A stretch of DNA of 52,112 bases from positions 1-52,112 of the forward strand of contig JAQULS010000002.1 in NCBI GenBank assembly GCA_028749235.1. The letters are read 5' to 3'. Both the position numbers and the translations under genes were made by a program. The notes below the pieces were generated by a model, which ran no database searches, was not told the DNA's origin, and saw only the letters and a list, made by a program, of their open reading frames with translations. The stretch comes from Acidobacteriota bacterium (lineage in GTDB: Bacteria; Acidobacteriota; Aminicenantia; Aminicenantales; UBA4085). Shown piece after piece: positions 27,610 to 36,962 of the stretch; position 1 is the stretch's first letter; every line of letters starts with the position of its first letter.

Positions 27610-27789
27610 GTTAATCCCGCGCAGTCCTCGTTAAGACGTCGCTTCGAAGGTCTTCGCGAGGGCGGCGTGGCGGGCGTCGATGCCATCAAAGAACTATAGG
27701 TGAATCCCGCGCAGTCCTCGTTAAGACGTCGCTTCGAAGGTCTTCGCGAGGGCGGCGCGGCTGGTGTAGAAGACATCAAAGAGCGATAA
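27571..27789. repeat. 90-bp tandem repeat, about 2.4 units, overlapping the 3' end of the aminotransferase-fusion gene
   Basis: Unit 1 is 27571-27660 and unit 2 is 27661-27750 (5 mismatches in 90). A diverged partial unit 3 is 27751-27789. Each unit ends its coding-like part with an in-frame stop (TAG, TAG, TAA). Confidence 0.9.
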
Positions 27790-27793
27790 ACGA

Positions 27794-28321
27794 TCAGGAC
27801 CCGGATACGCCGCTCCGCGGTCCGCGGATGAATGCTCCGTTCAGCGAAATCAGGTCTTTCTCGAAGTCCGCCGCGGACGAGATCGTGTACAGCCCCGCCT
27901 CCGGCGTCGCTGCCGCGTAGGTGAAGCTTTCCCTGACGCCGCCGCGCGTGTACGACGTGATCAGAAAATCATCATTGCTCGACCCCGTGATCCCGTAGTT
28001 CCCATCCACGGCCGTGCCGCAGTACACTTTAAAGCTCGTTCCCCATTGGTCGTTCAGCGGCAGGACCTTAAGGTACATCGGCGAGAGGGCGCTCTTCAGC
28101 GCGTCGCTGATATCGCCGCTGTTGGCCGGAGGAATGGTTTTATCCGAAATATAATTGACCAGTGTCGTCGCGATGGTGGAGATGTCTTTCTGCGTTCCGC
28201 GTATTCTCGCTTTCTGTATGCCGTTCATGGCATTCGGCACGAGCAGGGCGGCCAGGATACCGATGATCGCGACAACGACCAACAGCTCGATCAGAGTGAA
28301 GCCGTTTTCCCGATTGAGCAT
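27794..28321 (-). CDS. pilA: Type IVa pilin (prepilin with N-terminal cleavage/methylation motif)
   Basis: MLNRENG/FTLIELLVVVAIIGILAALLVPN. AAGGAG RBS. A sigma-54 promoter lies about 50 nt upstream. Confidence 0.85.
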   Translation of the reverse strand: MLNRENGFTLIELLVVVAIIGILAALLVPNAMNGIQKARIRGTQKDISTIATTLVNYISDKTIPPANSGDISDALKSALSPMYLKVLPLNDQWGTSFKVYCGTAVDGNYGITGSSNDDFLITSYTRGGVRESFTYAAATPEAGLYTISSAADFEKDLISLNGAFIRGPRSGVSGS

Positions 28322-28373
28322 GGCGCACTCCTTTTCGCGGCAGCCCGCAAACGTATCCACCGGATGATCCGAC

Positions 28374-28388
28374 GCAAGCCGCGTGCCA
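28374..28388 (-). promoter_or_regulatory. Sigma-54 (-24/-12) promoter of pilA
   Basis: The reverse strand reads TGGCACGCGGCTTGC, matching TGGCAC-N5-TTGC with correct GG/GC spacing. A sigma-54 activator (pilR) is in the cluster. Confidence 0.75.
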
Positions 28389-28431
28389 AACACGGACGGT
28401 TATATCATATTGATAGTCTTAGGAATAATAA

Positions 28432-28496
28432 ACCCGTTCACTGAGCGGCGCTTATAACCCCGATTTGAAAATCGGGGTTTGGCGCCGCGAATGTAT
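28432..28496 (+). repeat. Copy B (short form) of the two-hairpin element, lacking hairpin 1
   Basis: ACCCGTTCACTGAGCGGCGCTTATAACCCCGATTTGAAAATCGGGGTTTGGCGCCGCGAATGTAT aligns to both ends of copies A and C, with the ~41-nt hairpin-1 segment missing. Confidence 0.75.
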
Positions 28497-28573
28497 CCAT
28501 CTCTCGGAACCCATAAATGCCAATTATCGTCACTAGCGATAAAATTGAGGCCGATTTTTGTCATTGAAGAGGG

Positions 28574-28606
28574 AAAAAGCGGGCCGGTTCTTGAGAACCG
28601 GCCCGC
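28574..28606 (-). terminator. Rho-independent terminator downstream of the pilin fragment
   Basis: Perfect 12-bp stem GCGGGCCGGTTC/GAACCGGCCCGC with a 4-nt loop, followed on the reverse strand by TTTTTCCC. Confidence 0.7.
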
Positions 28607-28636
28607 GGCAGGTCTTGCGTTCAGGTCAGCCGATCA

Positions 28637-28816
28637 TCAGGTCCCGGAAACGCCGGCCCGGGGGCAACGAATGAACGACCCGTTCAGGGAAATCAGGTCC
28701 TTCGTGAAGTCCGCCGTGGTTGAGATCGTGTAGAGTCCCGATTCCGGCGTAGCCGCCGTGTAGGTGAAGCTCTCCAGCGTGCCGCCCCGGCCGTAGGAGG
28801 AAATCAGGAAATCGTC
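28637..28816 (-). pseudogene. Truncated pilin 3' cassette (C-terminal 59 codons, paralogous to pilA)
   Basis: DDFLISSYGRGGTLESFTYTAATPESGLYTISTTADFTKDLISLNGSFIRCPRAGVSGT matches the pilA C-terminus at about 46/59 identities by manual alignment. It lacks the prepilin N-terminus, and upstream DNA is AT-rich and unrelated. Confidence 0.65.
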
Positions 28817-28933
28817 CGTGAGTAGCCTTTGCATATTATATATAATCAATAAGATATAAACTGGAATAAATAATAAGGGCGTCCTTTTGGACATTATTTG
28901 GCACTAAATGCCAATTTTTGTCAAAAAGCGTGG

Positions 28934-30204
<1,271 letters not shown>

Positions 30205-31611
30205 TCAGTTCGAGCTTTCGCGCCGGTCGGACGATTCGCTTTTCTTGAAGGACTGGATGCCGTACTTGTCGAGGAGATAGCGCAGGGAGCGGTAGCCGAT
30301 GCCCAGCAGGTCCGCGGCCTTCTTGAGATTGCCTCCGGAAGCCATCCCGGCCTCCTGAATATATCTTTTCGAGATTTGGTCGAGATGCTCCTCCAGGTTG
30401 AATCCCGGCCGCAGGGTGACGGCCACCGCCGGCTTGCGGTGGGCGCCCAGCACATCCGCCGGCAGGCTGGCCAGGGTCACCGTCTCCCGTTCTTCGACGG
30501 CCACGATGCGCTCAATCAGGTTTTCGAGCTCCCGGACGTTGCCCGGCCAGGGGTAGGTCTCGAGGAAGCCGATCACATCCGGCGCCAGGCGCTTCATCTT
30601 CCGGCCGGTCTTTTGGCAGTGCTTCGGCAGGAAATGGGCCACCAGCAGGGGGATGTCCTCGGGCCGCTTGCGCAGCGGCGGCATTTCGAAGGAAATGACG
30701 TTGAGGCGATAGAACAGCTCCTCGCGGAACTTGCCCTCCTCGATGCGCTTCTTGAGATCCTGGTTGGTGGCGGCGATGATGCGGACGTCGACCGGAATCT
30801 CCTCCGTTCCGCCCACCCGCCGCACTTTCCGCTCCTGCAGGACCCGGAACAGCTTGACCTGGGTCCAGGGCGACATCTCGCCGACTTCGTCCAGGAAGAT
30901 CGTCCCCCGATCCGCCGTCTCGAACATGCCCTTCTTGTCGGAGACGGCCCCGGTGAAGCTGCCCTTGACGTGGCCGAACAGCTCACTTTCCAAGAGGCTC
31001 TCCGGCAGGGCCGCGCAGTTGATGGAGACGAACGGATGGTCCTTGCGCCGGCTGTTGGCGTGGATGGCCCGGGCCGCCATCTCCTTGCCCGTTCCGCTCT
31101 CCCCGGTGATGAGCACCGTCGAATCCGTCGTAGCCACCCGCTCGATCAGGTGGAAGACCTCCTGCATGGCCTTGCTCTTGCCGATCATGTTTTCGAACTG
31201 GGCCCGTTCCTGAAAAGTCCGCTTGAGCAGGATATTTTCCTCGCGCAGGCGCTTCTGCTCGAGCCCGTGGGCGACCAGGATCTTGAGCTCCTCGATGTCG
31301 AAGGGCTTGGTGACGTAGTCCAGGGCGCCTTCTTTGAGCGCCTCCACGGCCTGTTTGACGCTGCCGAAGGCGGTGATGACGATGATGGGGACGGTCGGTT
31401 TCTGGGTCCGGACGGTCTTGAGGAAGGCCATGCCGTCCAGTTGGGGCATCTTGACGTCGGTGATGACGAGGTCGATATCGCCGCCGGATAAGGCTTCGTA
31501 GGCCTTGGACGTCCCGGGATTCGTCACGACGCGATACCCTTCCTTGCGCATGACGACGCCCAGGAGGTCCAAAATGCTCTTTTCGTCGTCGATGATGAGC
31601 AGGGTATCCAT
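30205..31611 (-). CDS. pilR: Sigma-54-dependent response regulator (NtrC family, PilR-like)
   Basis: Receiver domain (LIIDDEKSI...DLVITDVKMP), AAA+ domain (GESGTGKE, ESELFGH, GSFTGAV) and a C-terminal Fis-type HTH. Start chosen at MDTLLIIDD. Confidence 0.85.
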   Translation of the reverse strand: MDTLLIIDDEKSILDLLGVVMRKEGYRVVTNPGTSKAYEALSGGDIDLVITDVKMPQLDGMAFLKTVRTQKPTVPIIVITAFGSVKQAVEALKEGALDYVTKPFDIEELKILVAHGLEQKRLREENILLKRTFQERAQFENMIGKSKAMQEVFHLIERVATTDSTVLITGESGTGKEMAARAIHANSRRKDHPFVSINCAALPESLLESELFGHVKGSFTGAVSDKKGMFETADRGTIFLDEVGEMSPWTQVKLFRVLQERKVRRVGGTEEIPVDVRIIAATNQDLKKRIEEGKFREELFYRLNVISFEMPPLRKRPEDIPLLVAHFLPKHCQKTGRKMKRLAPDVIGFLETYPWPGNVRELENLIERIVAVEERETVTLASLPADVLGAHRKPAVAVTLRPGFNLEEHLDQISKRYIQEAGMASGGNLKKAADLLGIGYRSLRYLLDKYGIQSFKKSESSDRRESSN

Positions 31612-31615
31612 GGCG

Positions 31616-32893
31616 TCACGCTTCCTTCGACCGGCCCGGAGCGGGGCGTTCGGGGAAGGCCAGGGTAAATTCCGTCCCCCGGCCGGGCTCCGATCGGACA
31701 TCGATGGAACCCTCGAAGTCGTCGACGATCCGGTGGACCACGGTCATGCCCAGGCCCCGGCCGCCGTCGAACGTCGAAAAAAACGGCTCGAAGATCCGGG
31801 CCAGCTCGTCCGGCCCCATCCCCCGGCCCGTGTCGGCCAGTCGTATGATCCGCCCTCCGGCCGGGCTCCGCTCGAAGTCGATCCGCAGCCGCCCGCCGTC
31901 CGGCATGGCCAGGACGGCGTTGCGGGCCAGGTTCCAGACCACCTGTTTGAACTGGGATTGGCTGCCGTAGAGGTCGAGCTCCGAGGCCTCGAAGTTCCCC
32001 TCCACGGCCACCCGGTCCGGAAGCTCCCCGCCGGCCCGCAGCAGGGTCAGGGTTTCGCGCACCGCGGTGGCCAGGGAAAAGCGCTTGAAGTCCCGCCCGC
32101 CGGGAGAGGCCAAGTTGAGATATTGTTCGATCGTCTGGGACACGCGCTTGGATTCCCGGACGATGATGTCCATGAGCTGGGCTTTTTCGCCGGAAGGGCT
32201 CGTCTCGCCCTGCAGGACCTGGACCGCGCCCGAGATGGCCGCCAGGGGATTGCGGATTTCGTGGGCGATCATGGCCGACATCTTCCCGGCTTCGGCCAGG
32301 CGCTCCCGGATGGCCAGTTCATGCTCGGCCCTCGCCAAGGCGGTCTGGGCCCGGCGGATCCCCCGCCCATAGTTCGCCGACAGGACGGCGATGGTAAAAA
32401 AGAGGGCCCAGGCCATGAAAATGGTGAAGAAGACCAGCCCGGCCGACGTCTCCCGGGCCTGGTCGGCCCGGTAATACGGGATCAGCCCGTAGAACATGCC
32501 GTCGGTCATGAAACCGAGCAAAATGGCCGAGAGCGACGCCGCCAGGTACGACGCCCGTCCAGGCAGGACCGTGCCGGCCGCCAGAATGGGGAAGGCGTAC
32601 AAGACGTAGAAATGCGCCCGCAGCCCGCCGGTGATATAGACCAGGGCGGTGATGAGCAGGATGTCGAACAGCACCTGGGCGGCGGCCTGGACTCCGTAGC
32701 GGCGGTTCCCGGCGTAAAGGATCAGGAAGACCAGGCAGGCCGCGTAAGCGGTCAGGATGAGGACGTAGAACGGTTCCAGGGGCAGAAAGACCGCGGTCGA
32801 AAGCTGGATGATCACGGCGGCCGCCAACAGGGATGTGACGATGATCAGGCGGAATACGATCAGGTTGAGGATGTTGCTTTTGACCGTCGTCAT
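31616..32893 (-). CDS. pilS: Sensor histidine kinase with polytopic N-terminus (PilS-like)
   Basis: Six hydrophobic helices, then the H-box HEIRNPLAAISG and an ATPase domain (DTGRGM). Start at MTTVKSN overlaps the pilC stop (ATGA). Confidence 0.8.
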   Translation of the reverse strand: MTTVKSNILNLIVFRLIIVTSLLAAAVIIQLSTAVFLPLEPFYVLILTAYAACLVFLILYAGNRRYGVQAAAQVLFDILLITALVYITGGLRAHFYVLYAFPILAAGTVLPGRASYLAASLSAILLGFMTDGMFYGLIPYYRADQARETSAGLVFFTIFMAWALFFTIAVLSANYGRGIRRAQTALARAEHELAIRERLAEAGKMSAMIAHEIRNPLAAISGAVQVLQGETSPSGEKAQLMDIIVRESKRVSQTIEQYLNLASPGGRDFKRFSLATAVRETLTLLRAGGELPDRVAVEGNFEASELDLYGSQSQFKQVVWNLARNAVLAMPDGGRLRIDFERSPAGGRIIRLADTGRGMGPDELARIFEPFFSTFDGGRGLGMTVVHRIVDDFEGSIDVRSEPGRGTEFTLAFPERPAPGRSKEA

Positions 32894-34092
32894 TGGATCT
32901 GGGCCATCAGGCTGAACATCGGCAGGTACATGGCGAGGATCAGCCCGCCGACGATCCCGCCGACGAAGATCATCATGATCGGCTCGAGCAGGGACATCAG
33001 CGACGCCACCGAGGCCGAGACCTCGTCGTCGTAGAAGTCGGCCAGCCGGCCCAGCATCTGGTCCAGGGTGCCGGTCTCTTCGCCCACCTTGACCATCTGG
33101 AGCATCATGAAGGGAAAGCGGCCGGTCGACTGGAAGGACTCGGTCAGGCTGCGGCCCTCGGCTACCAGCCGCCGGGTATCCATGACGGCCTTCTCCAGGA
33201 CGACGTTGCCGGAGGTGGTGGAGGTGACCTTCAGGCACTCCAGCATGGAGACGCCGCCGGTCAGGAGGGTGCTCAGCGTACGGGTGACGCGCGAGATGCC
33301 GACCTTGGACATGATCTTGCCCAGGATCGGCACGCGCAGGATGAGCCGATCGACGCTCCATTTCCCCGCCGTGGTCCGGTGGTAGGCGCGGAAGAGAAAG
33401 ACCGCGGCCACGCCGCCCAGAGCCATGAACACGATGTATTTCTGCAGGAACGAGGAGAGCGCGAGAACCCCCCGGGTGATCCCGGGCAGCGTCGCGCCCA
33501 GCTCGGCGAAAATGTTGGAGAAGATGGGGATGACTTTCCACAGCAGGAAGACCGCCACGATCAAGGCGAACGAGATGATGGCCACGGGGTAAATCATGGC
33601 CTGCTTGACCTGGCCGCGAAGTTTGACCATCTTCTCAATATAGTCGGCCAGCCGCTTGAGCATGATGTCGAGCGAGCCGCTCTGTTCACCCGAAGCCACC
33701 AGGTTGCAGAACAAATCGTCGAAGACCTTGGGAAATTTCCGCTTGGCCTGGTTCAGGCTGGCCCCGGCCTCGACGTCCTCGCCGACGGAGGTGATGACCT
33801 TCTTGAAATACTTGTTGCGGGTCTGTTCGGCCAGGATGTGAAGGCTTTGGATGAGGGGCAACTCGGCGTCGATCAGGACGGCCAGCTGGCGGGCGTAGAT
33901 GGCCAGCTCCTTGGGCTTGACCCTCTCGCCCAGGTGGAAGAGCTTTAGGCCCTCCCGCTTGACGGCGATCGAGCCGATCTGAATCTGCTCTTTCTGCAGG
34001 ATCCGGGTCAGCTCGTCGGCCGACCCAGCCAACCGTTCTCCTCCGACGGCGTCGCCGTAGCGGTTCTTCCCTTTCCAAAGATACGTGGGCAT
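32890..34092 (-). CDS. pilC: Type IV pilus assembly platform protein (GspF/PilC family)
   Basis: Two T2SSF repeats. Typical ~400-aa length and TM pattern. Confidence 0.9.
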   Translation of the reverse strand: MPTYLWKGKNRYGDAVGGERLAGSADELTRILQKEQIQIGSIAVKREGLKLFHLGERVKPKELAIYARQLAVLIDAELPLIQSLHILAEQTRNKYFKKVITSVGEDVEAGASLNQAKRKFPKVFDDLFCNLVASGEQSGSLDIMLKRLADYIEKMVKLRGQVKQAMIYPVAIISFALIVAVFLLWKVIPIFSNIFAELGATLPGITRGVLALSSFLQKYIVFMALGGVAAVFLFRAYHRTTAGKWSVDRLILRVPILGKIMSKVGISRVTRTLSTLLTGGVSMLECLKVTSTTSGNVVLEKAVMDTRRLVAEGRSLTESFQSTGRFPFMMLQMVKVGEETGTLDQMLGRLADFYDDEVSASVASLMSLLEPIMMIFVGGIVGGLILAMYLPMFSLMAQIQ

Positions 34093-34115
34093 GGAGGGCG
34101 TCCTTTCCGCCGCTT

Positions 34116-35225
34116 CTATCGCTTGCCGCCGGGGGCGCCGAATCCGCCGGTCCGGGCTTCCCGGCGCTGCAGGATATCGGTCAATTCTTCGGGGAACGAG
34201 GTCACGGCCATGGCCATCTCCCGGCTGATGGACCTCGAAAAATAGAGGTCGGACAGCGACTGGTTGAAGGTCTGCATGCCCGACTTTTCCTGGGCCAATT
34301 GCATCTGGCTGTAGATCATGTGGACCTTGTTCTCGCGGATCAGGTTCCGGATGGCCGGGTTGGGGATGAGGATCTCCATGGCCAGAACCCGCCCCTTGCC
34401 GTCAATCCGCGGCAGGAGGGCCTGGGTCAGGACGGCCTCCAGGGACATCGACAGCATGATCCGGACCTGGGTCTGATATTGGGCCGGGAAAATATCGATG
34501 ATCCGCGAGATCGTTTCGGAGGCCGAGTTGGTGTGCAGGGTGGAGAAGGTCAGATGGCCGGTTTCGGCCACCCGCAGGGTGGCCTCCACGGTCTCGGAAT
34601 CGCGCATCTCGCCGACCAGGACCACGTCGGGGTCCTCGCGCAGGACGGAGCGCAGGGCGTTGCCGTAGGACAGGGTGTCGGCGAACAGCTCCCGCTGGTT
34701 GATGAGCGCCGTCTTGGGCGTGAAGTAGTACTCGATGGGGTCCTCGATGGTCACGATGTGGACGGCCCGCTCGGTATTGATGTGGTCGATCATGCAGGCC
34801 AGCGTCGTGGACTTGCCGCAGCCGGTCGGCCCGGTGACGAGGATCAGCCCCCGCGGCAGGTTGCAGAGCTGGGCCACCCGGGGCGGGATGCCCAGCTTCT
34901 GGAAGCTCCACATGGACGGCAGGAAGCGGCGGATGGCCGCCCCCACCGCGCCCTTCTGCATGAAGACGTTGGCCCGGAAGCGGCCCATGTCCTTGATGCC
35001 GAAGGAAAAGTCGAGCTCCAGCTTTTCCTCGAACTGTTTCTTCTGCTTGTCCGTCAGCAGGCTGTAGATGAGGGCCTTGGTCTCGGCCGGGGTCAGCGGC
35101 GGATAGTCGAGGGACTTCAAAACGCCGTGGACGCGCAGCCGCGGCGGAACATAGGTCGTGATGTGAAGGTCGGAAGCATCCATCTCGACCGTTTTCTGCA
35201 GGAGGTCTTGAATGGCCGGCGACAT
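34116..35225 (-). CDS. pilT: Twitching motility retraction ATPase PilT
   Basis: GPTGCGKSTT Walker A, Asp/His boxes and the AIRNLIRE PilT signature. Confidence 0.92.
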   Translation of the reverse strand: MSPAIQDLLQKTVEMDASDLHITTYVPPRLRVHGVLKSLDYPPLTPAETKALIYSLLTDKQKKQFEEKLELDFSFGIKDMGRFRANVFMQKGAVGAAIRRFLPSMWSFQKLGIPPRVAQLCNLPRGLILVTGPTGCGKSTTLACMIDHINTERAVHIVTIEDPIEYYFTPKTALINQRELFADTLSYGNALRSVLREDPDVVLVGEMRDSETVEATLRVAETGHLTFSTLHTNSASETISRIIDIFPAQYQTQVRIMLSMSLEAVLTQALLPRIDGKGRVLAMEILIPNPAIRNLIRENKVHMIYSQMQLAQEKSGMQTFNQSLSDLYFSRSISREMAMAVTSFPEELTDILQRREARTGGFGAPGGKR

Positions 35226-35234
35226 GGGTGACTC

Positions 35235-36962
35235 TTAATCCTTGATGGTCTCGCGGAGCACCTCTTCGATGGAGGTGACCCCGTTTTTGACCTTGATCAG
35301 CCCGCTGCGGCGCATCGTAATCATGCCCTGCTCTATGGCCCGCCGCTTGATATCCTTGGATTGGCCCCGCTGCAGGATCAATTCCTTGATCGGCGGCGTG
35401 ACCTCCATGACCTCGAACAGGGCGGTCCGTCCCTTGTAGCCGGTGGTGTTGCAGGCCTCGCAGCCGCGGCCCTGCATGACTTGGACGGAATCGACCTCGT
35501 CCGGGGCGAACCCGAGATCGATCAAGACCCGGGCCGGGAGCTTCTGCGGCACGCCGCAGCGCTTGCAGATCTTGCGCACCAGCCTCTGGGCCACGATCAG
35601 GACGACCGAGTCGGCGATCAGGAACGGCTCGACGTTCATGTTCAGCAGGCGGTGGACGGTGGATGCGGCGTCGTTGGTGTGAACGGTGGAGAAGACCAGG
35701 TGGCCGGTCAGGGCCGCCTTGATGGCGGTGTCCACGGTCTCGCTGTCGCGCATCTCGCCGACCAGCATGATGTCCGGATCCTGGCGGAGGAAGGCCCGCA
35801 GGGCGGCCGCGAAGGTCAGGTCGATCTCGTCCCGGATGTTGACCTGGTTGATGCCCGGCATGTAGAACTCGACCGGGTCCTCGGCCGTCATGATGTTCTT
35901 CTCCATGGCGTTGAGCGTGGAGATGGCCGAGTACAAGGTATTGGTCTTGCCGCTTCCCGTCGGACCGGTGACCAGGACGATGCCCCAGGGGCGGCTGATG
36001 GCCTTGCGAAAAACTTCGAGCGATTCGGGCTCGAAGCCCAGCTTGGTCAGGTCGATCTGGAGGTTCTCCCGGTCGAGCAGCCGGGCCACGATCTTCTCGC
36101 CGAAGATCGTCGGCAGGGACGAGATCCGCATGTCCACGTCCTTCCTGCCCTTCTCCAGCTTGACCCGCATCTTGAGCCGCCCGTCCTGGGGCAGGCGCTT
36201 TTCGGCGATGTTCATGTTGGAAATGATCTTGACCCGCGACAGAACCGGGTTCTTGAACTTCATCGGCAGGTTCATCGTCTCGTAGAGGATGCCGTCGATG
36301 CGGTAGCGGATCCGGAAGGACTTCTCGTAGGGCTCGAAATGGACGTCGGAAGCGCCTTTCTTGATGGCCTCGACGAATATGGAGTTGACCAGGGTGATGA
36401 TCGGGGCCTCGTCGGCGGGCGGGCCGGATTCGTCCGCGGCGTCGATTTCCTCTTCCTTGACATCTTCGATGATGCTGATCTTGGAGTCGTCGGCCAAGGC
36501 GATGTCCTCGATCGAGGTCTTGGGCCGGACGGCATGGGAGACGCCGTAGTACTTGTTGATGGCGTTGCTGATCCCCGACTCCGAGGCGATGACCGGCTGG
36601 ATGCTCAACCCGGTCCTGAAGCGGACGTCCTCGATCACGTCGAGGTCCGTGGGATCGACCATGGCCAGGGTCAGGAACGACCGGATGCGGTGGATCGGCA
36701 TGATCATGTATTTTTTGGCCGCGTCCACCGAGACCAGGCTGATGACGTCGGGATAGACCTCGAACTGGTCGAGATCGATATAAGGATAGCCGAGCTGACG
36801 GCTCAAGCCCTGGGCCATCTCCTCGGCCGAGGTCAGGCCTTGGGCGATGATGGCGCTGGCCAGGGAAACTTCGTGCCTGCGTTGAAATTCCTGGGCCGAT
36901 CGAAGCTGATCGGCGGTAAGGATCTTCTCCCGGATGAGGATTTCTCCCAGAGTGGAACCCAT
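35235..36962 (-). CDS. pilB: Type IV pilus assembly ATPase PilB (GspE family)
   Basis: N-terminal GSPII domain, GPTGSGKTNT Walker A and a tetracysteine CKRC...CEAC motif. Confidence 0.92.
   Translation of the reverse strand: MGSTLGEILIREKILTADQLRSAQEFQRRHEVSLASAIIAQGLTSAEEMAQGLSRQLGYPYIDLDQFEVYPDVISLVSVDAAKKYMIMPIHRIRSFLTLAMVDPTDLDVIEDVRFRTGLSIQPVIASESGISNAINKYYGVSHAVRPKTSIEDIALADDSKISIIEDVKEEEIDAADESGPPADEAPIITLVNSIFVEAIKKGASDVHFEPYEKSFRIRYRIDGILYETMNLPMKFKNPVLSRVKIISNMNIAEKRLPQDGRLKMRVKLEKGRKDVDMRISSLPTIFGEKIVARLLDRENLQIDLTKLGFEPESLEVFRKAISRPWGIVLVTGPTGSGKTNTLYSAISTLNAMEKNIMTAEDPVEFYMPGINQVNIRDEIDLTFAAALRAFLRQDPDIMLVGEMRDSETVDTAIKAALTGHLVFSTVHTNDAASTVHRLLNMNVEPFLIADSVVLIVAQRLVRKICKRCGVPQKLPARVLIDLGFAPDEVDSVQVMQGRGCEACNTTGYKGRTALFEVMEVTPPIKELILQRGQSKDIKRRAIEQGMITMRRSGLIKVKNGVTSIEEVLRETIKD

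Noticed and set aside
27543-27779. 78-aa minus-strand ORF with internally repeated sequence (STPA.PPSRRPSKRRLNEDCAG x2)
   Set aside because: It is generated purely by reading the 90-bp tandem repeat on the opposite strand. It has no RBS, and third-position substitution phasing favours the plus-strand frame.
27571-27789. Possible CRISPR array
   Set aside because: The units are directly adjacent with no spacers, there are only about 2.4 copies, the unit is 90 bp, and no cas genes are present in the window.
28817-28894. N-terminal part of the 85-aa ORF (MSKRTPLLFIPVYILLIIYNMQRLLT) as a real pilin-like hydrophobic segment
   Set aside because: It is encoded by AT-rich DNA that trivially yields Ile/Leu/Tyr/Asn. 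It has no prepilin G/FTLIE motif and no SD. Homology to pilA begins only at 28816.
28898-28914. TTGGCAC...TGCC as a second sigma-54 promoter
   Set aside because: The GG-to-GC spacing is two bases short of the -24/-12 consensus on either strand. The sequence is better described as a 6-5-6 palindrome.
32894-33541. 216-codon N-terminal extension of the histidine kinase ORF
   Set aside because: It overlaps the pilC coding region out of frame and is Arg/His/Pro/Gly-rich. The MTTVKSN start gives the expected polytopic PilS-like N-terminus and an ATGA junction with pilC.
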